Shown here: piece by piece, positions 1 through 9,768 of the stretch
How the letters are laid out: every line of letters starts with the position of its first letter
Position numbering within the stretch: the stretch's first letter is position 1
IMG/VR virus record: IMGVR_UViG_2140918002_000003
Coordinates: 1 to 63,087 of that record
Source: a virus
Lineage: Duplodnaviria; Caudoviricetes
Reading direction: 5' to 3' (one strand)
DNA length: 63,087 nucleotides
Position numbers and translations under genes: made by a program
The notes under the pieces: generated by a model
Told to the model about the DNA's origin: nothing
The model's input: only the letters and a program-made list of their open reading frames with translations
The model's database searches: none

Positions 1-1323
1 CTTCTGTCTTGTTGGGTCAGGTTCCTTTGTTGCTAGTGATAATAGATAATCATACAGTTGTGTGCTGAGATGATGTCCCATCCACCATCTATCACTTGAT
101 AATACGAGTTTATCATAAGCGTTCATCTGGATTTCCACATCACTTCTTGAAGTAGATTTACCACCAAATGAGAACATGAATTCAGGTATTCTCATTTTCA
201 TCAGCATATGAGATATGACTGTTTGAAGTAGCGTTATGAGGAACCATCCATCATGCTTGATGTTGACTGATTCAAAATCTACCTGTGAATTGAATCCTCT
301 TATCAGTCCGGGTCCAATTGATGCCATGAATTTATCCATCTCATTCGTATTCATGTTTTTGAATTTCAGGATACCGGGTTGACACCAGAATGATGTTACT
401 ATTTCTGGAAAATCAATTTCCTCTGCTTGTCTTATGATATTGGATAACTTTAGAATAGAATGATAGTCTGATATTCCATAATACAGATTATTTGGAGTTA
501 CATGATTGTCATTTCGTGTAACATAGAGCAGATTTCTTGCAGGAATGTATACCGGTCCATCATTAGAATATGAATTCTCAAAATCAGTGTATCTTACTGA
601 TTCAAATCCCCATGTTGCAGTGTCAACCTTTACTTGGTCCAGAAATGACCAGTGAAGAGGTTTAATCAGTGCAGGAGTTCCTTTTGGAATGTCTATATCA
701 TTTATCTTTGTATCTTCTATGAAAGTTTCAAGGAATAATGCACCAACTCCACCTACCATTGCTTGTCTTGCTAAATCTTGTTGATACCATTCAAGACCAA
801 TGTTTCTTGTGACAGTTTCTATGAATTTGACTATTTTATTTCTCTCATTTTCATTGTATCCTGTTGAATCAAGGTCCTTTGTCAAATCTTCTTCTGATTC
901 ATAGACCTTGTTTGACATTGGCATCAATGATATCTGAGTCTGGTTAGCAAATGCTGACCAAGAGCGAATGTTTGTTGCTTCACCTAGAATGTAATCATTA
1001 ATGTATGCATCCCAGAGCAATTTCTTAAACTCTGGACCGTATATGGGTTTGAATTTAGTTGCTAAAATTTCCTTTGATACAAATTCAGTATCATATGCTA
1101 AATTCGATATACCCTTTGCTGACTCTGCTAGATAGTTCCTATACTTGTCAGATACGTTATTAGAATTTACATTCCAGTAAGCGTATTTAGACTTTAATTG
1201 AAAATTCTCTGCAAATCTTCTTGATACTGCATGTGCTTTCTCTTCTTGTTCTACTGATTGTCCTCTTGATATAAGATGATAATCATTAGATGCACCGTGT
1301 AGAAATTCTGCTAATTGACCCAT
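1..1323 (-). CDS. Duplicate 5' part of the portal gene (within the terminal overlap)
   Basis: Same sequence as 61734-63056; ATG at 1323; truncated by the window edge. Confidence 0.85.
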   Translation of the reverse strand, partial: MGQLAEFLHGASNDYHLISRGQSVEQEEKAHAVSRRFAENFQLKSKYAYWNVNSNNVSDKYRNYLAESAKGISNLAYDTEFVSKEILATKFKPIYGPEFKKLLWDAYINDYILGEATNIRSWSAFANQTQISLMPMSNKVYESEEDLTKDLDSTGYNENERNKIVKFIETVTRNIGLEWYQQDLARQAMVGGVGALFLETFIEDTKINDIDIPKGTPALIKPLHWSFLDQVKVDTATWGFESVRYTDFENSYSNDGPVYIPARNLLYVTRNDNHVTPNNLYYGISDYHSILKLSNIIRQAEEIDFPEIVTSFWCQPGILKFKNMNTNEMDKFMASIGPGLIRGFNSQVDFESVNIKHDGWFLITLLQTVISHMLMKMRIPEFMFSFGGKSTSRSDVEIQMNAYDKLVLSSDRWWMGHHLSTQLYDYLLSLATKEPDPTRQK

Positions 1324-1354
1324 GTATGTAGATAACTAATTGTATATGGATTTG
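1..1354. repeat. Direct terminal overlap, copy 1 (matches 61734-63087)
   Basis: Window start cttctgtcttgttgggtcagg recurs at 61734 and the match runs to the window end (tatatggatttg). It starts inside the portal ORF, so it is most likely an assembly overlap of a circular or permuted genome. Confidence 0.97.
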
Positions 1355-1358
1355 ATAA

Positions 1359-1610
1359 TCAACTAGATTTTTTTATTAAAATTCCACCTAAATCTTGTCT
1401 ATCAATAACTTCAACAATACATTCCTGATTCAAAGAGTATTTGTCTGCAAGTTCAAGTGGAAATCGGATATATGGATAAAGAGAATCCCTTCCACCTTTT
1501 GAGACCCTTACCTTGTATACCTTTTTTATCCATGTGGGAGATTTATCTAATTTTTCTAGTATTTTAGGTGCTACTGATCCTAAATCATCAAGTCCGTAAT
1601 GAGTGCTCAT
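1359..1610 (-). CDS. AbrB/SpoVT-like small DNA-binding protein
   Basis: KVRVSKGG...YIRFPLELADKYSL...VEVID...GGILIKK fits the swapped-hairpin AbrB pattern. Confidence 0.6.
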   Translation of the reverse strand: MSTHYGLDDLGSVAPKILEKLDKSPTWIKKVYKVRVSKGGRDSLYPYIRFPLELADKYSLNQECIVEVIDRQDLGGILIKKSS

Positions 1611-2777
1611 CTATGCTCTATCACTTAATTTTGCATTCATCTTTATTGAATGTGCTGCTCGTTTTTCTTCTGAAACATTAACAAAAATATCTGCTAATGC
1701 CAACAGACCGGGATGATGTTTGATGAATTGTAAGAAGAATATGCATACACGTCTTTGCATTTTTGCAATCTCTTCTCTTGTGATTCCCCGTTCTGGATCT
1801 TCTTTGAACATTGTCTTGAAATCATAGAAATTCCTGCTCACAGGTTCTCTTGAGAATTTTTCTGCACCCGATTTGGATTTTAGTTCAAATTTCTTCAATA
1901 GGAGACCTGCCCATCTTACAAGGTCCCTCTTCCACTTGTAATTTTTACTTGGTAAGAAATATCCATCTAATGACCTCACTCCCATTGCGTATTCATGTTC
2001 CTGCTCCAAGGTTATTATACGATTTCCGTCTTTGTCCTTGATTCCAGTCTTAATCTTCTTGGCAAATGCACTTACTGTCTTTTTATGAGATACTATCGAA
2101 TCATAGAGTTCACCTTCATACGGTTCACCTTCTTCAATCCTGATAATTCCCTCAAATGGGTCTGGAATATTGAGTCCATCTTCATGTTTGACTACAGTTA
2201 TGCCATGTTTTTGCCATTCTCGTTCATGTCGTCTGTATGCTTTGTAAAAGTGCTCTGCAACCATCAATCTTAAAGATTTTGGTAATTCGTTATAGTCAAA
2301 TCCGTTAAATGACCGGATATGATTCATCTGTTCATCAAAAAGTGTCTCTACTTCGTTGTCTATCTCTAGTAAACTGGTGGACACCAGTTTACCATCCTCG
2401 TCAACGATTGGTTTTCTCCAAGCACGTTTATACTTGTTATCTAATGAATGCCAAACCCTGTCTTTGGTCCATGTTGAAAAATCCCTCTTGCTCATCTCTC
2501 CTAAGATTGTCCTGCAAACTTCATTCAGACTCTTCTTTCTCTGAGTCTTTTCATCAACAAATGAACCTCTCCTATACAATTCTTCATAATATTCAGCGAG
2601 TCTGTTTATCTGGTCCTTCAGACTCGTTTCGATTTCCTGTAATGATTTATCACTGTGTTCTAATTCATTGTAAATCCTGACTATGTGACCATTAATTTCA
2701 GAAACTCTTGATAAAAACTGTTCCTGTGTTTCGCTTTCGTTAATGTCAACTGCCTTTTTGACGGTCTCTATGCCCAC
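1611..2777 (-). CDS. Hypothetical protein (388 aa, helical/charged)
   Basis: Long ORF between terminase and portal with a TATA-like element upstream; no motif recognised. Confidence 0.8.
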   Translation of the reverse strand: MGIETVKKAVDINESETQEQFLSRVSEINGHIVRIYNELEHSDKSLQEIETSLKDQINRLAEYYEELYRRGSFVDEKTQRKKSLNEVCRTILGEMSKRDFSTWTKDRVWHSLDNKYKRAWRKPIVDEDGKLVSTSLLEIDNEVETLFDEQMNHIRSFNGFDYNELPKSLRLMVAEHFYKAYRRHEREWQKHGITVVKHEDGLNIPDPFEGIIRIEEGEPYEGELYDSIVSHKKTVSAFAKKIKTGIKDKDGNRIITLEQEHEYAMGVRSLDGYFLPSKNYKWKRDLVRWAGLLLKKFELKSKSGAEKFSREPVSRNFYDFKTMFKEDPERGITREEIAKMQRRVCIFFLQFIKHHPGLLALADIFVNVSEEKRAAHSIKMNAKLSDRA

Positions 2778-2825
2778 AGGATTTGATATTAATAAAGTTT
2801 GTTATTAAGCGTTCCGTGATCACAT

Positions 2826-3119
2826 TTATGATTGCCATGCATCAAGAGGATTTGAAAATGTATCATTTGTAGTAGTCACTGTTCTCTTTTTTGTGAACTT
2901 GACTGTCTTTCCATATGGAATTGATGTATCAACCTGATTTCCTGCTTCTAATATTGAATCGGTGATTGGATCTAGATGTAGAGGAACGATATATCCACAG
3001 TTTTTGCAGTATAGGTTGCCATGTTCATCTTTATGCATAAAATATTCTTCCTGTCTTATGATACACAGTGGACAGAGTGTTTTGTGATTGTTTGTAGGTG
3101 ATATTACATTGATTTTCAT
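2826..3119 (-). CDS. Zn-ribbon protein
   Basis: CPLC...CKNC; ATGA overlap with the terminase stop. Confidence 0.7.
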   Translation of the reverse strand: MKINVISPTNNHKTLCPLCIIRQEEYFMHKDEHGNLYCKNCGYIVPLHLDPITDSILEAGNQVDTSIPYGKTVKFTKKRTVTTTNDTFSNPLDAWQS

Positions 3120-4687
3120 GATTCTTCCACTGCTTTGAATCCATAATTGACTAATGACAACCTGAATGCATCAAAGAGGTCCATTGTTCCGTATGTGTCT
3201 TTGTCTAACTCCGGTCTCTCACCACTGGGGTTGACCAGAGTTGCAGTTTTGAGTTGTGCAACCAGATTTGCAAACCGATTTTCATCAATTGCGATATATT
3301 TCTCTGAAAATATGCGTTGAGCGTGTTGAATCATCTGCATTCCATATTTTCCGAATGAAATTGGATTTATTTTGTATTCTGAGAGTCTTAATTGGTCAAA
3401 AGGAACATTTTTTGTGTTTTTTTCATCAGTAGAGTCGTTTTGCATCAGTTTCAGTTTATCAGAAACAGACTGCATCTGCATATCTACATAGCATTTCGTG
3501 ATATTGTAACGGTGCATGATGTTAATACAGAGATTGCACATCTTTTCATGGTCCATTCCAGTGAATTCCTCTGCATAGATGACTTCAATAATACCATTTC
3601 TCATCTGAGTGACCACAATAGCAAACATTGAATCGCTTCCGAATGCAGGGTCAATGCCCATTGACTTTGGAAATGACCATATTGCTGATTGATTGAGCGG
3701 TTTCTGGTTCAAAACACTTGCTGCTTCCAATGCATCAGCAATTTGTTGTTCTGAAAAGACATTTCCACCGACTGAAATGAATTCTGCACCATAATATTCG
3801 TTGAAATACGGTCCAAGTCTCCTTTTTTCCTCATCTATGAACTCCTGAGAGATTAAACCTGCTTGAATTGCCATTTCAACTGGGTATTTGTGTGGTTTAA
3901 AGTCGTTTTTACCTGCTAGACAGTCTTGCCATAGGGAGTAGACCTTCCCCCTAGGACCACGGGGGATGGTCTCTATCACAAACTTACCCCTAGTCATTGC
4001 AAGACGTGTGAAAGCACCGTCAATGACCTCAGTATAGTCAATGTTTGCCTTGGTAATATCAGATACTAGGATGAAATCAACATTCTTCCATGATACAGAT
4101 GATGCAGCACTAGCACCTAAAGCGATAACTCTTGTAGGTTTCTCAGGTCTGTATGGGTTATGGATGAACAATTCAGTGACTTTTGTTGCTTCGTCCCTTA
4201 GCAGATACCTTCCGGGTCTCATAATCATGGTATTCTTGAACGTTTCAGAACTCAAAATTAGTTGACGGAGTGTATACAGATGCTCTTTTGCCATTTTAGA
4301 GGTCTGTGCTATGACCAGTTTCTCATTTCCTGCACCGTCTTTGAGCATACAGTTCTGAAACAATGCCATTAATGCTAATGTGGACAGACCAATCTTGTTA
4401 GATTTGATGAAAATGTTGTATTTGTAGTCTATAATGTCACGCCATGACTCGTATTGGTAAGGTGCAAGGTGTTCAACCTTTTGTTTTGTAAATGGATGAG
4501 TCAGATATCCAAAACTTTGATAGAATAGATGAGGGTCAGTGTAGACAACATTACCAATAGTATCAGTGAACATGTTTAACTTTCTGTCTAAAACTTTGCG
4601 GTGTCTTTTGAGAAGAAGTTCGTCTACCCGCTTGAAGTCTTTCCCTAGAGATTTAAGTTCACGTTTCTCTGATGTCCTGCCTACCAA
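3116..4687 (-). CDS. terL: Terminase large subunit
   Basis: LAPYQ Q-motif, Walker A-like KSNKIGLST, motif-III-like ETIPRG, RNase H-type nuclease motifs MGIDPAFG and DLFDAFR; near the portal. Confidence 0.9.
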   Translation of the reverse strand: MVGRTSEKRELKSLGKDFKRVDELLLKRHRKVLDRKLNMFTDTIGNVVYTDPHLFYQSFGYLTHPFTKQKVEHLAPYQYESWRDIIDYKYNIFIKSNKIGLSTLALMALFQNCMLKDGAGNEKLVIAQTSKMAKEHLYTLRQLILSSETFKNTMIMRPGRYLLRDEATKVTELFIHNPYRPEKPTRVIALGASAASSVSWKNVDFILVSDITKANIDYTEVIDGAFTRLAMTRGKFVIETIPRGPRGKVYSLWQDCLAGKNDFKPHKYPVEMAIQAGLISQEFIDEEKRRLGPYFNEYYGAEFISVGGNVFSEQQIADALEAASVLNQKPLNQSAIWSFPKSMGIDPAFGSDSMFAIVVTQMRNGIIEVIYAEEFTGMDHEKMCNLCINIMHRYNITKCYVDMQMQSVSDKLKLMQNDSTDEKNTKNVPFDQLRLSEYKINPISFGKYGMQMIQHAQRIFSEKYIAIDENRFANLVAQLKTATLVNPSGERPELDKDTYGTMDLFDAFRLSLVNYGFKAVEES

Positions 4688-4794
4688 TTATCAGCAACCT
4701 TCCTTCTCATGACACTTACACATACAACGATACCCATCCTTTGTATACAAGATTTCTGTAGGTTTTCCACAAACACACTTTGGTAGATCAGTCC

Positions 4795-5244
4795 TCACTT
4801 CAATTTCTCTTTTTCTTCTGCTGATAGCATCTCTGAAACTTTTTTGCCTTCTCTCTGGACATATGGTTCTATTACCATTTTTCCGATTGACCTTCTCTCA
4901 ACTGGATGGTCCCCTGAAATCTTCTTGGTCCTGTGACAGAAACACTCGCATCTGGACCCTTCAGGTGTGTTTTCCCTGCTCTGGATAACACCACCTTCCA
5001 GTTGGACAGATTGAAATGAGGTATCCCATTCAAACTCTTCAAACTTGTCCTCAGTCTTACCCGTTCTAGCATCCCATTCTGTATACTTGAATCTCCTTAC
5101 ATGATATCTGATTCTACCATCACACGCTTCACATTCCATGCTAGCACAATGCCATGATAATTTACTGAGCATCAGTCCCTCTTTTCGAGAAAGGTTCTTA
5201 AACGCAGAATCATCTTCCCAAGGATTCTTTTTGTCAGTCATCAA
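4795..5244 (-). CDS. Hypothetical Cys-containing protein
   Basis: 149-aa ORF with HCxxxxCxxC and CxCxCH; TATA-like TTTTATTA about 25 nt upstream. Confidence 0.7.
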   Translation of the reverse strand: MMTDKKNPWEDDSAFKNLSRKEGLMLSKLSWHCASMECEACDGRIRYHVRRFKYTEWDARTGKTEDKFEEFEWDTSFQSVQLEGGVIQSRENTPEGSRCECFCHRTKKISGDHPVERRSIGKMVIEPYVQREGKKVSEMLSAEEKEKLK

Positions 5245-5290
5245 TAACTACGAGTGATAACCAACTAATAAAATAATCATTGAAAAAAAA

Positions 5291-5668
5291 TTAGGATAGA
5301 GAAACGTTAACTTTGTTTGGTTTCTTCAGTGACTTTATTTCACCATTGAATGTAGTTCCGTTGACATCACCGCTAAATTCATCTCCTACTTTTGGACATG
5401 GATTCAGTTTCTTGAAGTTCAGGGGAACAGTGATACTCGTTTCGTTCTCGTCTACTGTTTGAGTTTTAGTCACAGTCTTATTTCCAAGAGTTGCTGATGC
5501 TGTTACTTTCTGACCTGCTTCTACACCTGTAACATTTACACGAATCTTTACATTGTTACATTTCTCTACTGGTTTCTTTGCTTCTACTGTCATCGGAGTC
5601 AATGATACTGCGAGCATCATTGATGCTGCGATAACTGCGATTATTGATGCTGATACTAATTTCTGCAT
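5291..5668 (-). CDS. Secreted beta-rich (Ig-like) protein
   Basis: N-terminal signal peptide ending VEA-KK; beta-strand-rich body with two Cys. Confidence 0.7.
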   Translation of the reverse strand: MQKLVSASIIAVIAASMMLAVSLTPMTVEAKKPVEKCNNVKIRVNVTGVEAGQKVTASATLGNKTVTKTQTVDENETSITVPLNFKKLNPCPKVGDEFSGDVNGTTFNGEIKSLKKPNKVNVSLS

Positions 5669-5721
5669 TGATTAAACTGATTTAATTGAGTAAATAAGAA
5701 ACAAAAAAGAGGGAAGATTAC

Positions 5722-5916
5722 CTACTTACTTGGATTTGGATTGTTTGTTTGTCCCGGTGCATGTCCATTAGGATCATTTCCTGACCCATTATCATCATCT
5801 GATGGGTTGTCTTTGAATGGACTGTCTGCATATAGCATCGTTGGAACAGATGTTGCTACAATACCTAGCATCAACGTCAACATCAATCCTATTAAGATAA
5901 GACTCATTGTCTGCAT
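5722..5916 (-). CDS. Small secreted low-complexity protein
   Basis: Signal peptide (LYA-D) followed by a D/N/G/P-rich tail. Confidence 0.6.
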   Translation of the reverse strand: MQTMSLILIGLMLTLMLGIVATSVPTMLYADSPFKDNPSDDDNGSGNDPNGHAPGQTNNPNPSK

Positions 5917-5962
5917 TAATTAGATAAAGAAAACATAGGATAAAAAAGTTGGGGTATTAAAC

Positions 5963-6361
5963 CTATACTGTTGGTGCTTGTTTCAGTAATTGTTCCTCAT
6001 CGAATGAGACTTCTCCATGATCTTCTTGTCTTTTCTTGACATCAGCAATATGTTCCTCGCTACCGAATCCTTCTGATTCTTTATTTAATGATAGTTTTGT
6101 TTCTTTTCCTTCTTTCTCTCTTTGCTTCTCTGTTATCTTTGCTTCTTTTTCGTCTATCTCTGCAATGACTTTTTGTTTATCTTGTTCTATTTTTGCTACC
6201 TTTGATTTCTTTTCTTCTTCAAGTTTCTTTATTTCTTCTGCTACTTTTTCTTTTTCTGCTTTCTTTGCTTCTGCTTCTTTCTTCTCCTCTTCTTTTTCTT
6301 TAGTTTCTATATCTTCTTCAATTTTATTTTGTTTTGCTACTTCTTTTTTATGCTCTGACAT
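5963..6361 (-). CDS. K/E-rich coiled-coil protein
   Basis: 132 aa dominated by Lys/Glu; TATA-like element upstream. Confidence 0.7.
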   Translation of the reverse strand: MSEHKKEVAKQNKIEEDIETKEKEEEKKEAEAKKAEKEKVAEEIKKLEEEKKSKVAKIEQDKQKVIAEIDEKEAKITEKQREKEGKETKLSLNKESEGFGSEEHIADVKKRQEDHGEVSFDEEQLLKQAPTV

Positions 6362-6397
6362 TTGATATTTTTAACCGATAAAAGTATTTAACGATTA

Positions 6398-6523
6398 TTA
6401 CGCTCTACTAATGCGTTTATAGACAGCATCAGGAACTTCCTTTGATGGATGAACATCTACTATCTCAGATACTTTATCTTCAACCTGTTTTGCAAAATCT
6501 CTTGGTTTTGCAGTGAATGACAT
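6398..6523 (-). CDS. 41-aa hypothetical protein (not in ORF track)
   Basis: MSFTAKPRDFAKQVEDKVSEIVDVHPSKEVPDAVYKRISRA; TAATG overlap with the upstream stop. Confidence 0.55.
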   Translation of the reverse strand: MSFTAKPRDFAKQVEDKVSEIVDVHPSKEVPDAVYKRISRA

Positions 6524-8247
6524 TACTCTAAATTATCACCCCAGTTCCTATTATACAAATCTCTCATGAATCCGAATGGTGGAATCTTTCTGAATCTTGT
6601 TGCAAACTTTTCTCTTACGTCTTTTATGATTGCCTTTGGGACTGCTTCACTTAGGATATTCCATTTGAGTATACGTGATGACTGGACTCTTCCTGTGATG
6701 TTCCATTTTAGAATTCTAGATGTTTCTATTCTTGTAAGTGATGCTTGAATATCCCATTTGAGTATTCTTGATGACTGGATTCTTTCTTTAATGTTCCATT
6801 TGAGAATGCGTGATGACTGGATTCTTTCATTGATGTTCCATTTTAATATGCGATTAGACTGAATCCTTTCCTTGATGTTCCATTTCAGAATTCTATTAGA
6901 TTGGATTCTTTCAATAATATTCCATTTTAGAATTCTATTTGATTGAATCCGTTCAATTATATTCCATTTTAAAATACGTGATGACTGGATTCTCTCTTGA
7001 ATATTCCATTTGAGTATCCTAGATGATGCAATCCTTTCTTGAATATTCCATTTCAGTATACGGTTTGATTGAACTCTACCTGTAATATTCCACTTTAGAA
7101 TACGAGATGTGGTTATTCGTTCTAATGATGATTGAATATCCCACTTTAGGATACGATTGGACTGGATTCTCTCTTTGATATCCCATTTGAGTATACGTGA
7201 TGATGCTATTCTTTCATTGATGTTCCACTTGAGAATTCTTGATGATTGTATTCTTTCTTTAATATCCCACTTTAAGATACGAGAAGATTGGATTCTCTCT
7301 TGTATATTCCACTTCAGGATGCGGGATGACTGTATGCGTTCTTGAATATTCCATTTTAAGATACGATTAGACTGTATTCTCTCTACGATATTCCATTTCA
7401 ATATACGGGATGTTTCTATTCTTGTAAGGGATGCTGCTATATCCCACTTTAATATCCTGTTTGATGCAATACGCTCATTAATATTCCACTTTAGAATTCG
7501 ATTAGATTGAATCCTTTCTTTGATGTTCCATTTGAGGATTCGACTTGATTCTATTCTTCCTTTAATATCCCATTTGAGAATTCTGTTTGATGTGATATCA
7601 GAAAGAAATGAAAGGTTTTCTGGGGTTGAGATGAATGATGCAACGTTTGATGAACTTCCTTCCGTTGTCCCATCGTAGAAAAATGTATTTGTATATGCTG
7701 TTGCCATTGCTTGAGTCTGGACAAACCAAACCTCAAAGACGATTACCGCATCTCCTGCGGTGAGTGATGATACTGCTGAACCAGAAAAGGTTCCGTTAAT
7801 AATACCTTGACTCGTTCCTGCTTCCTCAAAATCTGATGCAGAATTTCCGTCTAGGATATTGCCATACTTTGTCCCATTGCTAGGTTTCCAGACATAACAG
7901 CAGATACGGACAGGTTGACTTGTTCCTGAAACTGGAAAATTAGAATTAGCATTAGACTCACTTGCACCAAATTCATAGGTCCATGTATTTGCTGCAACTG
8001 ATGTCTGGTTTAACTGATTAGAAACAAACTTTGAACAGTAGTAATTATGAGGGTTGGTATCGTTTGTAGTTGTGTTTGCCAGTGATGTTTGTGCTACTTT
8101 GCTTATGAATGTGCTTAATGTTCTGTTGACAGTTCCGGCATCTCCGTAGTCATTGGCATCTTTGGTAAGACTGGATTGTTCATCAGAAGGTAGAGTCCCA
8201 CCATAGGCATAATGAGTTCCTCTTCTGAAATAGAGTTTGGTTGCTAA
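6523..8247 (-). CDS. Putative virion fibre protein with 22 RILKW repeats (about 574 aa; extended 180 codons upstream of the ORF-track start)
   Basis: The frame is open from TTA at 8247 (L-ATKLYFRRGTHYAYGG...) through the ATG at 7707. GGGGTGA lies 6 nt before the TTA. The C-terminal half is the 14-aa repeat. Confidence 0.8.
   Translation of the reverse strand, partial: LATKLYFRRGTHYAYGGTLPSDEQSSLTKDANDYGDAGTVNRTLSTFISKVAQTSLANTTTNDTNPHNYYCSKFVSNQLNQTSVAANTWTYEFGASESNANSNFPVSGTSQPVRICCYVWKPSNGTKYGNILDGNSASDFEEAGTSQGIINGTFSGSAVSSLTAGDAVIVFEVWFVQTQAMATAYTNTFFYDGTTEGSSSNVASFISTPENLSFLSDITSNRILKWDIKGRIESSRILKWNIKERIQSNRILKWNINERIASNRILKWDIAASLTRIETSRILKWNIVERIQSNRILKWNIQERIQSSRILKWNIQERIQSSRILKWDIKERIQSSRILKWNINERIASSRILKWDIKERIQSNRILKWDIQSSLERITTSRILKWNITGRVQSNRILKWNIQERIASSRILKWNIQERIQSSRILKWNIIERIQSNRILKWNIIERIQSNRILKWNIKERIQSNRILKWNINERIQSSRILKWNIKERIQSSRILKWDIQASLTRIETSRILKWNITGRVQSSRILKWNILSEAVPKAIIKDVREKFATRFRKIPPFGFMRDLYNRNWGDNLE
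6655..7590 (-). repeat. Degenerate 42-bp tandem coding repeat (22 units)
   Basis: Unit about ERIQS[SN]RILKW[ND]Ix; three units carry a 3-aa insertion. Boundaries approximate. Confidence 0.95.
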
Positions 8248-8492
8248 AGATATTCACCCCTAAGAACACATTCTTTAGTCTTTGTTGATATCTCCGGTCT
8301 CACTGGGATGTCTAATCTTTCATAACGTTTGCGTAAGTCTGGACTGACTGCTCCCTGTATACAAGCACCGCAGAAATTACATTCACCGTAGATTAACCAT
8401 GACTCATCGGACCACGTATTGAAATAGATTACGATATTGTCTTTCTCATATATGATTATGAGGGAAGGGTCCTGAGTGAGAAAAAATTCCAC
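8244..8492 (-). CDS. Small Cys-cluster (CxxCxxC) protein
   Basis: GECNFCGAC...C; GTG start 6 nt after GTGA. Confidence 0.65.
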   Translation of the reverse strand: MEFFLTQDPSLIIIYEKDNIVIYFNTWSDESWLIYGECNFCGACIQGAVSPDLRKRYERLDIPVRPEISTKTKECVLRGEYL

Positions 8493-8500
8493 ACTTCATA

Positions 8501-9013
8501 TCACGCTGCTGTGTCACAGTCAATGTTAATTGTGCAAGTATCATCTGTCATTGCTCCTGCTCCTGCTGTTACAATTCTCTTCAACCAGAATCCAAATCTC
8601 TGTCCGTTGGGTATATTACCCATATCGAGACCTGCTGCGTAGGTTGATGGTGAACTGAATGTTTCTCCCGAAGGTGCAGTATTTTCATTAGCAATCGTTT
8701 CTATGGTTGCATTTAATCCTTCACCGGCAAGTGCAATCTCAAGTGATGTGCTTGATGATGATGTATTACTGGAAATGTAGAGATGAGTATTCTCAGCAGT
8801 AAGTGATCCATGATTATTGAGGCAGTAAAATCCACGATATTCTGTGTCACCCGCAAGCGATTCTGCACCGCTCACTATATCAAAGGCGTTATGACTCGTA
8901 TTTGTGGTTATTTCTGTAGTTGTAGACATGACCCCACCTAAACATGCATTTGGGTCTGAATTACTGGACCCACCTGAATATCTATATTTAATATCCGTTG
9001 CTGCTATCGGCAT
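8501..9013 (-). CDS. Putative virion structural protein (paralogue of the N-terminal domain of 36678-38105)
   Basis: TDIKYRYSGGSSNSDPNACLGG aligns with TDIKLHLTGGSSNSNPALSLGG, and similarity continues along the domain. Confidence 0.7.
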   Translation of the reverse strand: MPIAATDIKYRYSGGSSNSDPNACLGGVMSTTTEITTNTSHNAFDIVSGAESLAGDTEYRGFYCLNNHGSLTAENTHLYISSNTSSSSTSLEIALAGEGLNATIETIANENTAPSGETFSSPSTYAAGLDMGNIPNGQRFGFWLKRIVTAGAGAMTDDTCTINIDCDTAA

Positions 9014-9052
9014 ACAAGTTTAAGTTAATCCAGATTTTTAATACAACTAAAG

Positions 9053-9349
9053 ATGTTATGGAGAAAGGAGAAGAAGTATCTTCCAGCAGAAGAAGCAATC
9101 ACTAGAGGTGATTCAACTCGGATGGAAATAAAATACGATATTGCTGCTGAAGGAGACCTTAAACGAATGAAGATAAGGACAGGTTATAATCAGAATGAGA
9201 AGATGTATTATATTCAGATAACAGAAAGAGAGACTCTGCTATCATATCGTATATACCTGACAGATGTTCAATTCAAGGACTTGGTTATACATATGGGTAA
9301 GACATATCAGTTTGAGACTATAGATAAGGAATCGGAAGCAAAGAAATGA
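9053..9349 (+). CDS. Hypothetical protein (possible PC4/PUR-like nucleic-acid-binding fold)
   Basis: MYYIQITERE...RIYLTDVQFKDLV resembles the PUR/PC4 beta-beta-beta-alpha pattern; function is weakly supported. Confidence 0.5.
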   Translation: MLWRKEKKYLPAEEAITRGDSTRMEIKYDIAAEGDLKRMKIRTGYNQNEKMYYIQITERETLLSYRIYLTDVQFKDLVIHMGKTYQFETIDKESEAKK

Positions 9350-9510
9350 CTGTAAAAAGCATTCTAGGTGAAATTGGTATTTCGATTATTGCTTTGATAC
9401 TTCTTGTTGTGATAATGCCTTGGGCATTCTTTATGACCATAAAGGAACAGTGGAGATATAAGAAATTGGAGAAAGCATATACGAGAAAGTTTCAAGAGGA
9501 TTGGAGATAA
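9346..9510 (+). CDS. 54-aa membrane protein (not in ORF track)
   Basis: ATGA overlap; hydrophobic IGISIIALILLVVIMPWAFFM segment. Confidence 0.55.
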   Translation: MTVKSILGEIGISIIALILLVVIMPWAFFMTIKEQWRYKKLEKAYTRKFQEDWR

Positions 9511-9768
9511 GTAAATGATTTTCATGGGAATGCTGATATGTGAATGCTCTTACTGCAAGAAACATTATTGGAAAGAGGATGAAAAGAAATGAAAAAAGAA
9601 TATGCTGTTTATGACAGGTTTGTCATGGTATATGAAGATGGTCTGAGGATAACACAGTTCAATTGCGATCCACCATTTGAAAGAACAATTGAACAAATCA
9701 CATATGTTCTCAGAGCATTAGGATATGAGAAAGTAGAACCAAAGAAGATTGTGAGGTCCAGTGAGTGA

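Noticed and set aside
1-1354. 1354-bp direct repeat as a biological terminal repeat
   Set aside because: It begins in the middle of the portal ORF and has no terminal signals; it is best explained as an assembly overlap of a circular or permuted genome.
6655-7590. 42-bp periodic repeats as a CRISPR array or DGR template/variable pair
   Set aside because: Units are in-frame coding repeats with synonymous variation and no unique spacers; no cas or reverse transcriptase gene is seen.
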